A stretch of 64,000 nucleotides of DNA, from NCBI GenBank assembly GCA_017439985.1, contig JAFSIC010000028.1, positions 996 to 64,995 on the forward strand, written 5' to 3'. Below are positions 25,459 through 35,842 of this stretch, in pieces. Under the pieces are notes generated by a model that saw only the letters and a list, made by a program, of their open reading frames with translations, was not told where the DNA came from and did no database searches. The stretch comes from Oscillospiraceae bacterium (GTDB lineage Bacteria > Bacillota > Clostridia > Oscillospirales > Ruminococcaceae). Position 1 is the stretch's first letter, and every line of letters begins with the position of its first letter. A program made the translations under genes and the position numbers.

Positions 25459-26507
25459 ACCTCCCTGAGAAGCCGGAGGAATTGATTGACATCAAGAGAG
25501 ATGATTTCGGCAGAACCCGGTTCTTTTACGAAAATCAGGCGGATGGAAGAACCGGAGCGCTTTTTATCGTGGAGAACAGCTTCGCCCAATTCGGCGACAG
25601 AACCCTCGTAATGAGTTGGCAGACCGTAGGATCTGATGCACGCTTCCAAACGCTGAGTCAACGCAGAAGAATGGTAACCTAATTTCTCGCCGAGCTTCGC
25701 GATCAGAAGCATACCCATTGCCACGCCCTGTCCGTGAGTGACGGAATGATTGGTCACCTTTTCAATGGCATGACCGAGAGTATGACCGTAGTTCAGAATC
25801 ATACGCAGACCATTATCGTGTTCATCCTGTTCCACTACATCGCGTTTGATAGAAACACAGTGGGCGATGATCTCGTCGATTTCCGGCATAATATTGCCTT
25901 GTTCCATCCGTTCAAAGAGCGGGGCGGAAAAGATCATGCCGTATTTGATGGTCTCAGCAACACCATCTGCAAAGGTGACCGCAGGCAATGTCTTGAATGT
26001 CTCTGTGTCACAGACAACCAAAGAAGGCTGCCAGAAGGCGCCAATGAGATTTTTTCCCGCAGGAATATTGATAGCGGTCTTGCCGCCAACAGAAGAATCC
26101 ACCGCAGCGAGGAAGGTGGTCGGTACCTGCATAAAGCGGATGCCACGCAGATACGTTGCCGCCGCATAGCCTGCCAAATCACCAACAACGCCGCCACCGA
26201 GAGCGACGATAAAGTCGGGGCGAGTCAGCTGTTCTTCAATCAGAAAATCATAAACGCGGAACAGAGTTTCTGCGGATTTGCTGTCCTCGCCATGTGGAAA
26301 AATATACGATGCAACAGTATATCCGGCAGCAGAAAGCGATGGCACAACCTGATCAAGATAAAGAGAGGCGACCGTATCATCCGTGATAACAGCGGCCTTG
26401 GAACCCCTTTTGAAAACAGAGGAAGCGTAAGCTCCAACCTTGTTGAGCGAACCTTTTTCTATGATAATATCGTAATTGACACTGGCATTGACGTGAACGG
26501 TTTTCAT
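25455..26507 (-). CDS. aroB: 3-dehydroquinate synthase
   Basis: GGGVVGDLAGYAAATYLRGIRFMQVPTT and GHTLGHAIE motifs. Overlaps the aroA start by 4 nt. Confidence 0.92.
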   Translation of the reverse strand: MKTVHVNASVNYDIIIEKGSLNKVGAYASSVFKRGSKAAVITDDTVASLYLDQVVPSLSAAGYTVASYIFPHGEDSKSAETLFRVYDFLIEEQLTRPDFIVALGGGVVGDLAGYAAATYLRGIRFMQVPTTFLAAVDSSVGGKTAINIPAGKNLIGAFWQPSLVVCDTETFKTLPAVTFADGVAETIKYGMIFSAPLFERMEQGNIMPEIDEIIAHCVSIKRDVVEQDEHDNGLRMILNYGHTLGHAIEKVTNHSVTHGQGVAMGMLLIAKLGEKLGYHSSALTQRLEACIRSYGLPTHYEGSVAELGEAVLHDKKRSGSSIRLIFVKEPGSAEIISLDVNQFLRLLREV

Positions 26508-26519
26508 ACCGTCACCTCC

Positions 26520-27533
26520 TTAGTCCATGGTTTTTCCGAAGAACTCGACGGTTTTCTTCACTTTTTGCATGGTTTCATCGAAGCTGTCCGGAGTTAGGGA
26601 CTGAGCACCATCGCAAAGAGCGTGAGCAGGGTCATTGTGTACTTCAATAATCAGACCGTCTGCGCCAACTGCGATTGCGGCCATGGACAACGGCTCAACC
26701 AGAGAGCGAATACCGGCCGCATGGCTTGGGTCAACGATGACCGGCAGGTGAGTACGCTGCTTCAGAATCGGAATAGCGGAAAGATCGAGGGTATTTCTGG
26801 TCGCAGTTTCAAAGGTGCGAATGCCGCGTTCGCAGAAAATGATGTTTTCATTGCCGCCGGCCATGATGTACTCTGCGGACATGATCAACTCGTCCAAAGT
26901 GGAGGAGAGACCGCGTTTTAACAGAATAGGTTTATTGACTTTGCCGAGAGCTTTCAGCAGCTCAAAGTTCTGCATATTGCGTGCACCGACCTGAATAATG
27001 TCCACATCATCGAAGAGCGGCAGGTGGGACTTGTCCATAATTTCGGTAACGATGGGCATACCGCTGTGTTTTTTTGCTTCCAACAGGAGCTGCAGACCTT
27101 CTTCGCGCAGACCCTGGAAAGCGTAAGGGGAGGTTCTTGGCTTGAAAGCGCCGCCGCGCATCAGACCGGCACCGGAAGCTTTCACAGAATCGGCCACGGA
27201 GATCATCTGCTCACGGCTTTCCACAGAGCAAGGGCCGGCAATGACCTGAAAATGACCGCCGCCGATTTTTCTTCCGCAGACATCGATGATCGTGTCATCC
27301 GGATGGAATTTGCGGTTTGCTTTTTTATATGGCTCCTGAATGCGTTTTACTTTTGCAACAATGTCGATGGATTTGAAATCTTCCGGATCAATGGCAGAAG
27401 TATCACCGATCAGACCGATAATGCTTTCCTGAACACCATGAACTTCCTGCGTCTGCACGTTCATCGCATGGATACGGCGCAGCAGCTCATCGACCTTACT
27501 GCGCTCAACGTTTCTCTTCAAAAGAATAATCAT
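26520..27533 (-). CDS. aroF: 3-deoxy-7-phosphoheptulonate (DAHP) synthase, type I-beta with N-terminal regulatory domain
   Basis: [18 protein letters not shown] and DPSHAAG motifs, preceded by a roughly 70-aa ferredoxin-like N-terminal extension. Confidence 0.9.
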   Translation of the reverse strand: MIILLKRNVERSKVDELLRRIHAMNVQTQEVHGVQESIIGLIGDTSAIDPEDFKSIDIVAKVKRIQEPYKKANRKFHPDDTIIDVCGRKIGGGHFQVIAGPCSVESREQMISVADSVKASGAGLMRGGAFKPRTSPYAFQGLREEGLQLLLEAKKHSGMPIVTEIMDKSHLPLFDDVDIIQVGARNMQNFELLKALGKVNKPILLKRGLSSTLDELIMSAEYIMAGGNENIIFCERGIRTFETATRNTLDLSAIPILKQRTHLPVIVDPSHAAGIRSLVEPLSMAAIAVGADGLIIEVHNDPAHALCDGAQSLTPDSFDETMQKVKKTVEFFGKTMD

Positions 27534-27555
27534 ACAGTTTACTCCTTTACACGAT

Positions 27556-27599
27556 AAAATAGAAAACCCGGTACCTACCGTAGGGCAGCAGGCACCGGG
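27556..27599 (-). terminator. leader terminator (candidate attenuator) upstream of aroF
   Basis: Minus strand reads CCCGGTGCC-(15 nt)-GGTACCGGG followed by TTTTCTATTTT, located 22 nt upstream of the aroF RBS. Confidence 0.6.
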
Positions 27600-27629
27600 A
27601 CTGATCGTTACTGTTTCCTCAGAGACAAA

Positions 27630-27752
27630 TTATTCAGCTCTCAGGGCATTCGGCATACTGCCGCTGTTCATTTTTGCATCACAAAAGCGCTCTGCGCTGA
27701 TAAAGACAGAGCGTTCAAAGAGAGCAAAAGCAATGGAAAAACGTGCAGTCAT
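27630..27752 (-). CDS. candidate 40-aa Phe-rich leader peptide of the aro-pheA operon
   Basis: GGAGG RBS 7 nt upstream of the ATG. Peptide MTARFSIAFALFERSVFISAERFCDAKMNSGSMPNALRAE has 5 Phe, all TTT codons, in the first 23 codons. It lies between the promoter and the leader terminator. Confidence 0.35.
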   Translation of the reverse strand: MTARFSIAFALFERSVFISAERFCDAKMNSGSMPNALRAE

Positions 27753-27797
27753 GGTAGTGCCTCCGAATACAATCATACGAAAATAGTATTTGAACCA

Positions 27798-27826
27798 AAT
27801 ATATCACTTTAATCAGTCAAAGTCAA
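27798..27826 (-). promoter_or_regulatory. promoter of the aro-pheA operon
   Basis: Minus strand reads TTGACT, 17 nt, TATATT. Confidence 0.6.
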
Positions 27827-28004
27827 CAGATAAGCATAGAGAAATATCACAAAAAATTAGTTCACTCTGTGTACGAACGGAAATGATAGAAAATATTTCG
27901 TGAATACAAGCAATAGCTCCCGATTTCTTTGTTTTTAAGCATCAAGCCTTTCATTTCTTGTCGATACTTTACAGGAAATTTACAATTTACTTGTTGAATT
28001 TCCA

Positions 28005-28034
28005 TTGAATTTGATTATCATTTTATGATATAGT
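28005..28034 (+). promoter_or_regulatory. promoter of the activase/DUF2229 operon
   Basis: TTGAAT, 18 nt, TG-extended TATAGT. Confidence 0.45.
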
Positions 28035-28086
28035 TACAATCAGTTACTTATACCTTGTAATAAATAAGAAAAGAAGTGAAAGTACT

Positions 28087-31020
28087 ATGGATTTGAAAGT
28101 GGGAATCGATATTGGTTCCACAACGGTAAAAGTCGTTGTCATGAAGGGCAAAGATGTTCTTTACCGTGTCTACCAGAGACATCTGGCGCAGGTGCGTCAG
28201 GCAGCTCTGGAGGCGTTGCAGGGGGCGAAGGAATTTCTGAACGATCCGTTTAAGGTGGCGATTTCCGGATCTGCCGGTCTGGGTGTTGCAGAATGTGCGG
28301 ACATTGACTTTGTTCAGGAAGTATTTGCAACATACGAAACAGTGAAAGAGTACCAGCCGGATACCGACGCAGTCGTTGAATTGGGCGGCGAGGATGCGAA
28401 GATCATCTTCCTCTCCGGCGGCTTGGAAGAACGAATGAACGGCAGCTGTGCCGGCGGTACCGGTGCATTCATCGACCAGATGGCGACACTGCTGAACGTT
28501 TCCTCCGACGAGTTGGACTCTCTGGCACTGAAACATGAAAAAATCTATCCGATTGCATCTCGCTGCGGTGTATTTGCAAAAACTGACGTACAGCCTCTGC
28601 TGAATCAGGGCGCGCGCAAAGAAGATATTGCGGCAAGTATTTTCCAGGCAGTAGTTGATCAGACCATTGCCGGTTTGGCACAGGGCAGAGAGATCAAAGG
28701 TAAAGTTCTCTTCCTGGGTGGCCCGCTGTATTATTATAAAGGCTTGCAGCAGCGCTTTGTGGAGACTCTGAAACTGGGCAGCGGCAATGCTGTATTCCCG
28801 GACTACGGCCGCTTTGCAGTGGCGATAGGTGCAGCACTTTTTGCCGGCGGCGTGCAGAAGGAATTCACCTTTGAAGAGCTGGAAGCGAAACTGAAAGATA
28901 CCAGCAAACAGGTGGCAACAACAAACTATCTGGAGCCGCTGTTCCGCAATCAGCAGGAGTATCAGGACTTTGTTTCACGACATAAAGCGGCAACCATTCC
29001 TTGGTGTGATATCAGAACCTACAACGGCAAGGCTTATCTTGGCATCGACTGTGGTTCCACCACAACCAAACTGGTTCTGATGAACGAGAATTATGAAGTT
29101 CTGTATCAGTACTATGCATCCAATGAGGGCAACCCTGTCAAAGTTGTGAAAGAACAGCTGGAGACCATTTACGAACTCTGCGGCGATCATGTGACCATCT
29201 GTTCCGCAGTATCTACCGGCTACGGTGAAGATCTGATCAAAAACGCCTTCGATCTGGACGAAGGCATCGTAGAAACCATGGCGCACTTTACCGCAGCAAG
29301 ACACTTTGAGCCGCGCGTTGATTTTATTCTGGATATCGGCGGACAGGACATCAAATGCTTCCGCATCAAAAATGAAGCCATCGACAGCATTATGCTCAAT
29401 GAAGCCTGCTCTTCCGGATGCGGCTCTTTCATCGAAACCTTCGCAAAATCGATGGGCTACACAGCAGAGCAGTTCAGTCAGCTGGGTCTGTTCAGTCAGC
29501 ATCCGGTTGATTTGGGTTCCCGCTGCACGGTATTTATGAATTCCTCTGTGAAACAGGCGCAGAAGGACGGCGCAAGCGTGGAAGATATCTCTGCAGGTCT
29601 GTCCATGAGCGTTGTAAAAAATGTTTTGTATAAAGTAATTCGTACCCGCTCCGCACAGGATCTGGGTGAATACATCGTGGTACAGGGCGGCACCTTCCTC
29701 AATGACGCGGTTCTCCGCAGCTTCGAGCTGGAGCTGGGACACAATGTCATCCGTCCGAAGTTTGCCGGTCTGATGGGTGCTTACGGCGCTGCGATTTACG
29801 GCAAGCGCATCGCAAAAGAACGCAGCACCATGCTGGTTCCGGAGCAGCTGCAGCACTTTGTCCATGAAGCGAAACCATTCGTGTGTCAGGGCTGCACCAA
29901 CCATTGCAATCTGACCATCAATACCTTTGGCGACGGCAAACGATTCATCTCCGGCAACCGCTGCGAGAAGCCGCTGGGCATGGAAAAACAAGCCCTGCCG
30001 GACATCTATCAGTATAAACTGGACAAGATCAAAGCACTGGAAGGCACTGTGGGCAAACGCGGAAAAATCGGTCTCCCGCTGGGTCTCAATATGTACGAAA
30101 ACATCCACTTCTGGCATGCATTCTTAACAGAATTGGGCTATGAAGTGGTGCTGTCCGATATTTCTTCCCGCAAACTCTATGCCAGCGGTCAGCACACCAT
30201 TCCATCTGACACAGCCTGCTATCCGGCAAAACTGATGCACGGTCATGTGGAGAACCTCATGCGTAAAAATGTACCGATCATTTTCTATCCATGCATGAGT
30301 TATAACTTCAATGAGAAAAAAGGCGATAACCACTATAATTGTCCGGTGGTTGCCTACTATCCGGAGCTGCTCCATTCCAATATGGGTATGCTGAAGTACT
30401 ATAAATTCTGGTATCCATACTTCAATATGGCAGACCGCAGAATGTTTGAAAAGAAAGTCTATGAATTCTTCCACAAGGAAGACCCGACCATCACTTACAG
30501 CGAGATCTATGGTGCCTGCGATAAAGCATACTCCAGATACTTTGCGGAAATTGCCGATATCAAGGAAATGGGACGCAAAGCTATTGAGGAGGCACGCAGA
30601 CAGGGAAAAGGCATTGTGGTACTGGCAGGACGTCCATACCATGTCGACCCGGAAATCAACCACGGCATTAACAGCCTGATCACATCTCTGGGTTTGGCGG
30701 TAGTTTCTGAGGACTGTGTTTCCGATCTGGTCGAGCCGGTGAAAGTCAATGTTCTGAACCAGTGGACTTATCACAGCCGTCTGTACAATGCGGCAAAATA
30801 CGTGACTCAGAACAAGGACATGGAGCTGGTACAGCTGGTGTCCTTCGGCTGCGGCATTGATGCCATCACTACCGATGAGGTAGCCGATATTCTGACCAAA
30901 GGCGGCAAACTCTATACTCAGCTGAAAATCGATGAGATCAACAACTTGGGTGCAGTAAAGATCCGTCTGCGCAGCCTGATTGGTGCGATCAAGGAACGAG
31001 AAATGGAAAAGGGGGAATAG
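28087..31020 (+). CDS. tandem BcrAD/BadFG-type ATPase (2-hydroxyacyl-CoA dehydratase activase-like) fused to a DUF2229 domain
   Basis: Two acetate/sugar-kinase-fold ATPase modules start at VGIDIGSTTVKVVVM and YLGIDCGSTTTKLVLM. A Cys motif CQGCTNHC follows, then a C-terminal domain (GLPLGLNMYENIHFWHAFLTELG...) typical of activase-related proteins. Confidence 0.8.
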   Translation: MDLKVGIDIGSTTVKVVVMKGKDVLYRVYQRHLAQVRQAALEALQGAKEFLNDPFKVAISGSAGLGVAECADIDFVQEVFATYETVKEYQPDTDAVVELGGEDAKIIFLSGGLEERMNGSCAGGTGAFIDQMATLLNVSSDELDSLALKHEKIYPIASRCGVFAKTDVQPLLNQGARKEDIAASIFQAVVDQTIAGLAQGREIKGKVLFLGGPLYYYKGLQQRFVETLKLGSGNAVFPDYGRFAVAIGAALFAGGVQKEFTFEELEAKLKDTSKQVATTNYLEPLFRNQQEYQDFVSRHKAATIPWCDIRTYNGKAYLGIDCGSTTTKLVLMNENYEVLYQYYASNEGNPVKVVKEQLETIYELCGDHVTICSAVSTGYGEDLIKNAFDLDEGIVETMAHFTAARHFEPRVDFILDIGGQDIKCFRIKNEAIDSIMLNEACSSGCGSFIETFAKSMGYTAEQFSQLGLFSQHPVDLGSRCTVFMNSSVKQAQKDGASVEDISAGLSMSVVKNVLYKVIRTRSAQDLGEYIVVQGGTFLNDAVLRSFELELGHNVIRPKFAGLMGAYGAAIYGKRIAKERSTMLVPEQLQHFVHEAKPFVCQGCTNHCNLTINTFGDGKRFISGNRCEKPLGMEKQALPDIYQYKLDKIKALEGTVGKRGKIGLPLGLNMYENIHFWHAFLTELGYEVVLSDISSRKLYASGQHTIPSDTACYPAKLMHGHVENLMRKNVPIIFYPCMSYNFNEKKGDNHYNCPVVAYYPELLHSNMGMLKYYKFWYPYFNMADRRMFEKKVYEFFHKEDPTITYSEIYGACDKAYSRYFAEIADIKEMGRKAIEEARRQGKGIVVLAGRPYHVDPEINHGINSLITSLGLAVVSEDCVSDLVEPVKVNVLNQWTYHSRLYNAAKYVTQNKDMELVQLVSFGCGIDAITTDEVADILTKGGKLYTQLKIDEINNLGAVKIRLRSLIGAIKEREMEKGE

Positions 31021-31023
31021 TCC

Positions 31024-32322
31024 ATGAGCGAAACAAAAAAAGCTGTTTTCACCAAGGAAATGAAGGACACCCATACCATTCTGATTCCGACTATGCTGCC
31101 GATTCATTTCCGTCTGCTGTCCACCGTTATGGCAGTGTACGGCTATAAAACCAAGGTGCTCTCCAACAGCGGCAAAAGGGTCATTGAACAGGGCCTGAAA
31201 AACGTACATAATGATACCTGCTATCCGGCTCAGCTGGTTATCGGTCAGCTGATCGATGCGCTGGAGACGGATAAATCTCTTGACTTGGATAAAATTGCGC
31301 TGATGATCACCCAGACTGGCGGCGGCTGCCGCGCCTCCAACTACCTCTACCTGCTGCGTAAAGCACTGGACAAGTGTGGTTACGAAAATATTCCCGTGGT
31401 TTCTGCCACCTTTATGAAAACGGAGCAGAGCCCCGGTTTCAGCCTGCCGCTGACCATGATTTTGCAGCTCTACTATGGCATCATGTTCGGTGACCTTATC
31501 ATGCTGCTGAACAATCAGTGCCTGCCGTATGAATTGGAGAAAGGCGCTACCCAGAAAGCAGTCGATGAGGCGATCTCTCTGTCCGAAGAGTTGCTGAGCA
31601 AACACAAATTGCTCACATGGAACATGGCCTCCGATATGATGAAGCAGATCATCAACTGTTTCAAAAAGGTGGAACGCAGCAAAGAGAAGAAGATCAAAGT
31701 AGGTATCGTTGGCGAGATCTATGTCAAATATTCTCCGCTTGGCAACAATAATCTGGAGGACTTCCTTCTGTCCGAGGGCTGCGAGGTGGTTTGTCCGGGA
31801 CTAATGGACTTCATGCTGTACAGCTTCGCCAACAGCGAGTTTGACTATGAACTTTACGGCATGGGCGGTGCGCTGAAAGCGAAAGTCATGCACGAGGTCA
31901 ACGGATTCCTCCGCAAAAAGAAACGTCAGATGATCGAACTGATCAAGGAAAACAGCAACTTTGAGCCGCCGGCTCCGTTTGAAGTGACCATCGCATCAGC
32001 GGAAGGTTACATTGGCCATGGTGTTAAAATGGGCGAAGGCTGGCTGCTGACTGCCGAGATGGTGGAATTGATCCAGCACAGCCACTGCAATAATATCGTC
32101 TGCACACAGCCGTTTGGCTGTCTGCCGAACCACATCTGCGGCAAAGGTGTCATGCGCACCATCAAAGAAAAGAACCCGCAGGCAAATATTGTTGCCGTGG
32201 ACTATGACTCCGGTTCCTCTGCTGTCAACCAGCAGAACCGCATCAAGCTGATGCTGGCCAATGCTCGTATGGAGCAGAAACGTCAGCAGGAAGCACAGGA
32301 AAAAGAAACTGTTCTCGCATAA
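31024..32322 (+). CDS. 2-hydroxyacyl-CoA dehydratase-like / DUF2229-family protein
   Basis: 432 aa, translationally adjacent to the activase. HNDTCYPAQLVIGQ and QPFGCLPNHICGKG motifs are typical of the HgdB/DUF2229 superfamily. Confidence 0.7.
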   Translation: MSETKKAVFTKEMKDTHTILIPTMLPIHFRLLSTVMAVYGYKTKVLSNSGKRVIEQGLKNVHNDTCYPAQLVIGQLIDALETDKSLDLDKIALMITQTGGGCRASNYLYLLRKALDKCGYENIPVVSATFMKTEQSPGFSLPLTMILQLYYGIMFGDLIMLLNNQCLPYELEKGATQKAVDEAISLSEELLSKHKLLTWNMASDMMKQIINCFKKVERSKEKKIKVGIVGEIYVKYSPLGNNNLEDFLLSEGCEVVCPGLMDFMLYSFANSEFDYELYGMGGALKAKVMHEVNGFLRKKKRQMIELIKENSNFEPPAPFEVTIASAEGYIGHGVKMGEGWLLTAEMVELIQHSHCNNIVCTQPFGCLPNHICGKGVMRTIKEKNPQANIVAVDYDSGSSAVNQQNRIKLMLANARMEQKRQQEAQEKETVLA

Positions 32323-32346
32323 ATCATCAAATTTTCAGCCATCTGC

Positions 32347-32375
32347 TTGTACAGGCAGGTGGCTGATGCTATAAT
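32347..32375 (+). promoter_or_regulatory. promoter of the M55 peptidase gene
   Basis: TTGTAC, 17 nt, TG-extended TATAAT. Confidence 0.55.
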
Positions 32376-32403
32376 CAGAGTATAAAACAAAGGGGGAAGG
32401 AAC

Positions 32404-33204
32404 ATGAAAGTATTTATCAGCAGTGACATTGAGGGCACCTGCAGCATCAACAACTGGGATGAGACCCGCCACAACCATGCGGATTACGCATATTTTACCA
32501 AACAGATGACAAGAGAAGTTTCTGCAGCTTGTGAGGGTGCTTTTGCAGCCGGAGCAGAGGATGTTCTGGTCAAAGACGCTCACGGAACGGCCCGCAATAT
32601 CCTTCCTGAGGAGCTTTGCGCCAAAGCGAGACTCCACCGCGGCTGGACAGGTCATATTTTCCAGATGATGTCCGGCTTGGAAATGGAGAAATTTGACGCG
32701 GTTATGTACACCGGTTATCATTCTGCGGCAGGCAGCGGTGACAACAACATGTCCCACACCAAGAACACTCGTAATGAGTTTATCTATCTGAACGGCAAGC
32801 CGCTCAGCGAGTTCCGTCTGAATTCCTACATTGCGGGAATGCTGGGTATTCCTATCTGCTTCATCAGCGGTGACGAGGGTATCTGCAAAGAAGCGAAAGA
32901 GCTGATTCCGGGTATTCATACAGTGGAAGCATTGAAAGGAGTCGGCGGTGCGACCATCGCTGCACATCCGGATACCGTAGTCAAAGCCATTCGTGAGGAA
33001 GCGGAAAAAGCGCTCCGCGGCGACTGGAAAGCCTGCAAGGTTCCAATGCCGGAAGATTTCGAGGTCATCGTTCATTACAGAGAACAGGCTATGGCATATA
33101 ACAAGAGCTTCTATCCCGGCGCAGAACTGCTGGATGCAAAACGCGTCCGTTTCTACCACAAAGATTTTATGGAAGCCCTGCGTTTCCTGACCTTTGCATT
33201 CTAA
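32404..33204 (+). CDS. M55-family D-aminopeptidase (DppA-like)
   Basis: MKVFISSDIEGT ... VKDAHGTARN ... YHSAAG are hallmarks of peptidase family M55. Confidence 0.8.
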   Translation: MKVFISSDIEGTCSINNWDETRHNHADYAYFTKQMTREVSAACEGAFAAGAEDVLVKDAHGTARNILPEELCAKARLHRGWTGHIFQMMSGLEMEKFDAVMYTGYHSAAGSGDNNMSHTKNTRNEFIYLNGKPLSEFRLNSYIAGMLGIPICFISGDEGICKEAKELIPGIHTVEALKGVGGATIAAHPDTVVKAIREEAEKALRGDWKACKVPMPEDFEVIVHYREQAMAYNKSFYPGAELLDAKRVRFYHKDFMEALRFLTFAF

Positions 33205-33209
33205 CAATC

Positions 33210-33237
33210 AACCTCTCCTTCGGGAGAGGTTTTTCTT
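33210..33237 (+). terminator. intrinsic terminator
   Basis: ACCTCTCC-ttcg-GGAGAGGT followed by TTTTCTT. Confidence 0.8.
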
Positions 33238-33341
33238 CGGAAAAATTTTATGCAAAAGGGGTGCAATTTTTCCACAAATGCGCTATAATAAAATGAGTTG
33301 CAGGATTCTGCAGCAAATTAAAAATTCAAAGGAGACTGTAC

Positions 33342-33899
33342 ATGAGTCAACAGGAAATGAGCAAGAGAGATTCTTGGGCCAATGAGGTCTTTGAATATGC
33401 GGAAATGATCTTTACCACTATCGCTGTGGTGATGCTTCTATTCACCTTCGTGATCCGTCCCGCTGAAGTTTATGGTTCCTCGATGTATCCAACATTGGAG
33501 GGGGGAGACCGTCTGCTGATCAGTAAGCTCTTCTACGAGCCGAAACAGGGCGATATCGTGGTGATCCCACATCCAAACATGCCACCGGATGAGCCTGCGC
33601 TCATCAAACGTGTCATTGCCTTGGAAGGACAGACCGTTGACATTGATTTTGAAACCGGCGATGTATGGGTAGACGGCGAACTGCTGGACGAGCCTTACAT
33701 CAACGAACCAACCTACGATCAGCAGGATTTTGAAGGTCCGCTGACTGTTCCGAAAGGAGAAGTTTTTGTTCTCGGTGACAACCGAAATGCTTCTTCCGAC
33801 AGCCGCAGTGCGATTTTCGGAACCTTTGATGAAGACTATATTCTTGGCCGCTGCATCGTTCGCATCGCGCCGTTTGACAAGATGGGAAGTGTAGAATAA
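33342..33899 (+). CDS. lepB: signal peptidase I
   Basis: Catalytic Ser box GSSMYPTL, Lys box IKRVIAL and GDNRNASSDSR. Single N-terminal TM segment. Confidence 0.92.
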   Translation: MSQQEMSKRDSWANEVFEYAEMIFTTIAVVMLLFTFVIRPAEVYGSSMYPTLEGGDRLLISKLFYEPKQGDIVVIPHPNMPPDEPALIKRVIALEGQTVDIDFETGDVWVDGELLDEPYINEPTYDQQDFEGPLTVPKGEVFVLGDNRNASSDSRSAIFGTFDEDYILGRCIVRIAPFDKMGSVE

Positions 33900-34822
33900 T
33901 GGTAATGGAAGAAGAATATCTGACCGCGACACCGTCGATCCAGTGGTTCCCAGGTCATATGGCAAAAACCCGCCGCCTGATGAAAGACAACTTGGACATG
34001 GTGGATATTGTGGTGGAACTGCGTGATGCCCGCATCCCGAAGAGCAGCCGTAACCCTGAGATCGAAACCATCGTCGGCTCCAAGCCACGCATTGTTGTGT
34101 TCAATAAAGTGGATCTGGCAGACCCTGTTGTAACCAAAGAATGGATGGATTACTACCATTCCTATGGTGTCAACACTCTCTGTATCGACTGCAAGAGCGG
34201 CTCCGGTCTGAAGCAGTTCGTGCCTGCTGTCCGTGAGATCTTAAAAGATGAAATTGCTCGCCGTCAAGCAAAGGGCATGAGCGGCAAAGCCATCCGAATG
34301 ATGATCTGCGGTGTGCCGAATGTCGGCAAATCCTCTCTCATCAACCGCCTGTCCGGTTCCAAGAGAGCGAAAGTTGAGGATAGACCTGGCGTTACCCGCG
34401 GTAAACAGTGGGTGAAGCTGGAGAATGGCATTGAACTGCTTGATATGCCGGGCGTACTCTGGCCTAAATTCGAAGATAAATCCGTCGGTGAGCGTCTGGC
34501 TTACACCGGCGCAGTCAAAGATACGGTTTACGATCTGGAATGGGTGGCTATGCGTTTCCTTGCATTCCTGCGTGACAAATATCCGCAGTATCTGGAGCAG
34601 CGCTACAAAGTCAAAGCAGAAGAATGCGCTGATCTGGAACCATACGATCTGCTGGAGCTGGTGGGCCGCAAACGCGGTATGCTGGTTTCCGGCGGTGAAG
34701 TAAACACCGAGCGCGCAGCGATTACTGTTATGGACGAGTTCCGCAGCGGTAAAATCGGCCGCATCACGCTGGAGCGTCCTCGCAGTGCAACCGCCAAAGA
34801 TAATGCGGAGGTCGAGCTGTAA
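33899..34822 (+). CDS. rbgA: ribosome biogenesis GTPase A (YlqF)
   Basis: [10 protein letters not shown] and circularly permuted G motifs (FNKVDL before [14 protein letters not shown]). Confidence 0.92.
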   Translation: MVMEEEYLTATPSIQWFPGHMAKTRRLMKDNLDMVDIVVELRDARIPKSSRNPEIETIVGSKPRIVVFNKVDLADPVVTKEWMDYYHSYGVNTLCIDCKSGSGLKQFVPAVREILKDEIARRQAKGMSGKAIRMMICGVPNVGKSSLINRLSGSKRAKVEDRPGVTRGKQWVKLENGIELLDMPGVLWPKFEDKSVGERLAYTGAVKDTVYDLEWVAMRFLAFLRDKYPQYLEQRYKVKAEECADLEPYDLLELVGRKRGMLVSGGEVNTERAAITVMDEFRSGKIGRITLERPRSATAKDNAEVEL

Positions 34823-35460
34823 TGGAGCTGTTCCTCTATGACGCACAGGTGAGAGCAGAGGGCTATCCTGTGCTCTGCGGTGTGGATGAAGCCGGCCGTG
34901 GGCCGCTGGTTGGTCCGGTGGTAGCGGCAGCGGTGATCCTTCCGTCTGATTTTCAGCTGGAGGGCATCAACGACTCCAAAAAGCTCAGCGAGAAGAAACG
35001 CGAAGCCCTCTTTGAAGTGATCAAAGAGAATGCTGTTGCTTACGGCATCGGCATGGCTGACCATAAGGAGATCGACGAGCTGAACATTTTGCAGGCGACC
35101 TTTCTCGCTATGCGCAGAGCAGTGGAAGCCATGGGAATGACACCGGACATGGTGCTGGTAGACGGTAATCAGGACCCAAAACTGAGTCTGCCGACCCGCA
35201 CTGTCATCAAAGGTGATGCAACATCTGCCTCCATCGCAGCGGCGTCCATTTTGGCGAAGGTGACGCGAGACCACATGCTCATTGAGATGGATAAGGAGTA
35301 CCCGCAATATCACTTTGCGAAGCATAAAGGCTACGGTACCAAGGACCACTATGCACAACTGATGGAGTATGGTATGTGTCCGTACCATCGCCGTACTTTT
35401 TTGAAAAAACTGAAAGGTGTGTTGCCGAATGCTGCAGCTGCCGATTTGGAAGAAAAATAA
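34822..35460 (+). CDS. rnhB: ribonuclease HII
   Basis: [21 protein letters not shown] and KGDA...[11 protein letters not shown] motifs. Confidence 0.92.
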   Translation: MELFLYDAQVRAEGYPVLCGVDEAGRGPLVGPVVAAAVILPSDFQLEGINDSKKLSEKKREALFEVIKENAVAYGIGMADHKEIDELNILQATFLAMRRAVEAMGMTPDMVLVDGNQDPKLSLPTRTVIKGDATSASIAAASILAKVTRDHMLIEMDKEYPQYHFAKHKGYGTKDHYAQLMEYGMCPYHRRTFLKKLKGVLPNAAAADLEEK

Positions 35461-35824
35461 AAATACCGGTGCCTGGGGTGAAGACCAGGCGGTTCAGTAT
35501 CTGCAGAAGCAGGGTTATACATTGCTGTGCCGTAATTTCCACAGCCGTTACGGGGAAATCGACCTCATTGTTCAGAAGGATGATATCATCGCTTTTGTTG
35601 AGGTTAAGACCCGTGCGAAAGGTGCACTCTATTCTCCTGCAGAAGCCGTTACACCTGCCAAGCAGCAGAAGATCGTGCTGACGGCCCTCCACTATATGGA
35701 GGAGTATAACTCGGACCTGCAGCCACGTTTTGATGTCTGCGAGGTCTATCCGGTTGTTGTGAAACGTAAAAAAACAGCGGAGATCAATTATCTGGAAGAT
35801 GCCTTTCAGGTATCCGCGTATTAA
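35429..35824 (+). CDS. yraN: YraN-family endonuclease (UPF0102)
   Basis: [28 protein letters not shown]...FVEVKTR pattern. Overlaps the rnhB 3' end. Confidence 0.85.
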   Translation: MLQLPIWKKNKNTGAWGEDQAVQYLQKQGYTLLCRNFHSRYGEIDLIVQKDDIIAFVEVKTRAKGALYSPAEAVTPAKQQKIVLTALHYMEEYNSDLQPRFDVCEVYPVVVKRKKTAEINYLEDAFQVSAY

Positions 35825-35842
35825 ATAAAGGGGGAAAACTCT

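Noticed and set aside
27567-27599. T-box riboswitch upstream of aroF. GGTAGGTACCGGG resembles the GGTGGTACCGCG core.
   Set aside because: The segment is the 3' strand of the terminator itself, directly followed by the T-tract. No Stem I, specifier loop, AGAGA or GNUGGA-type elements are visible upstream.
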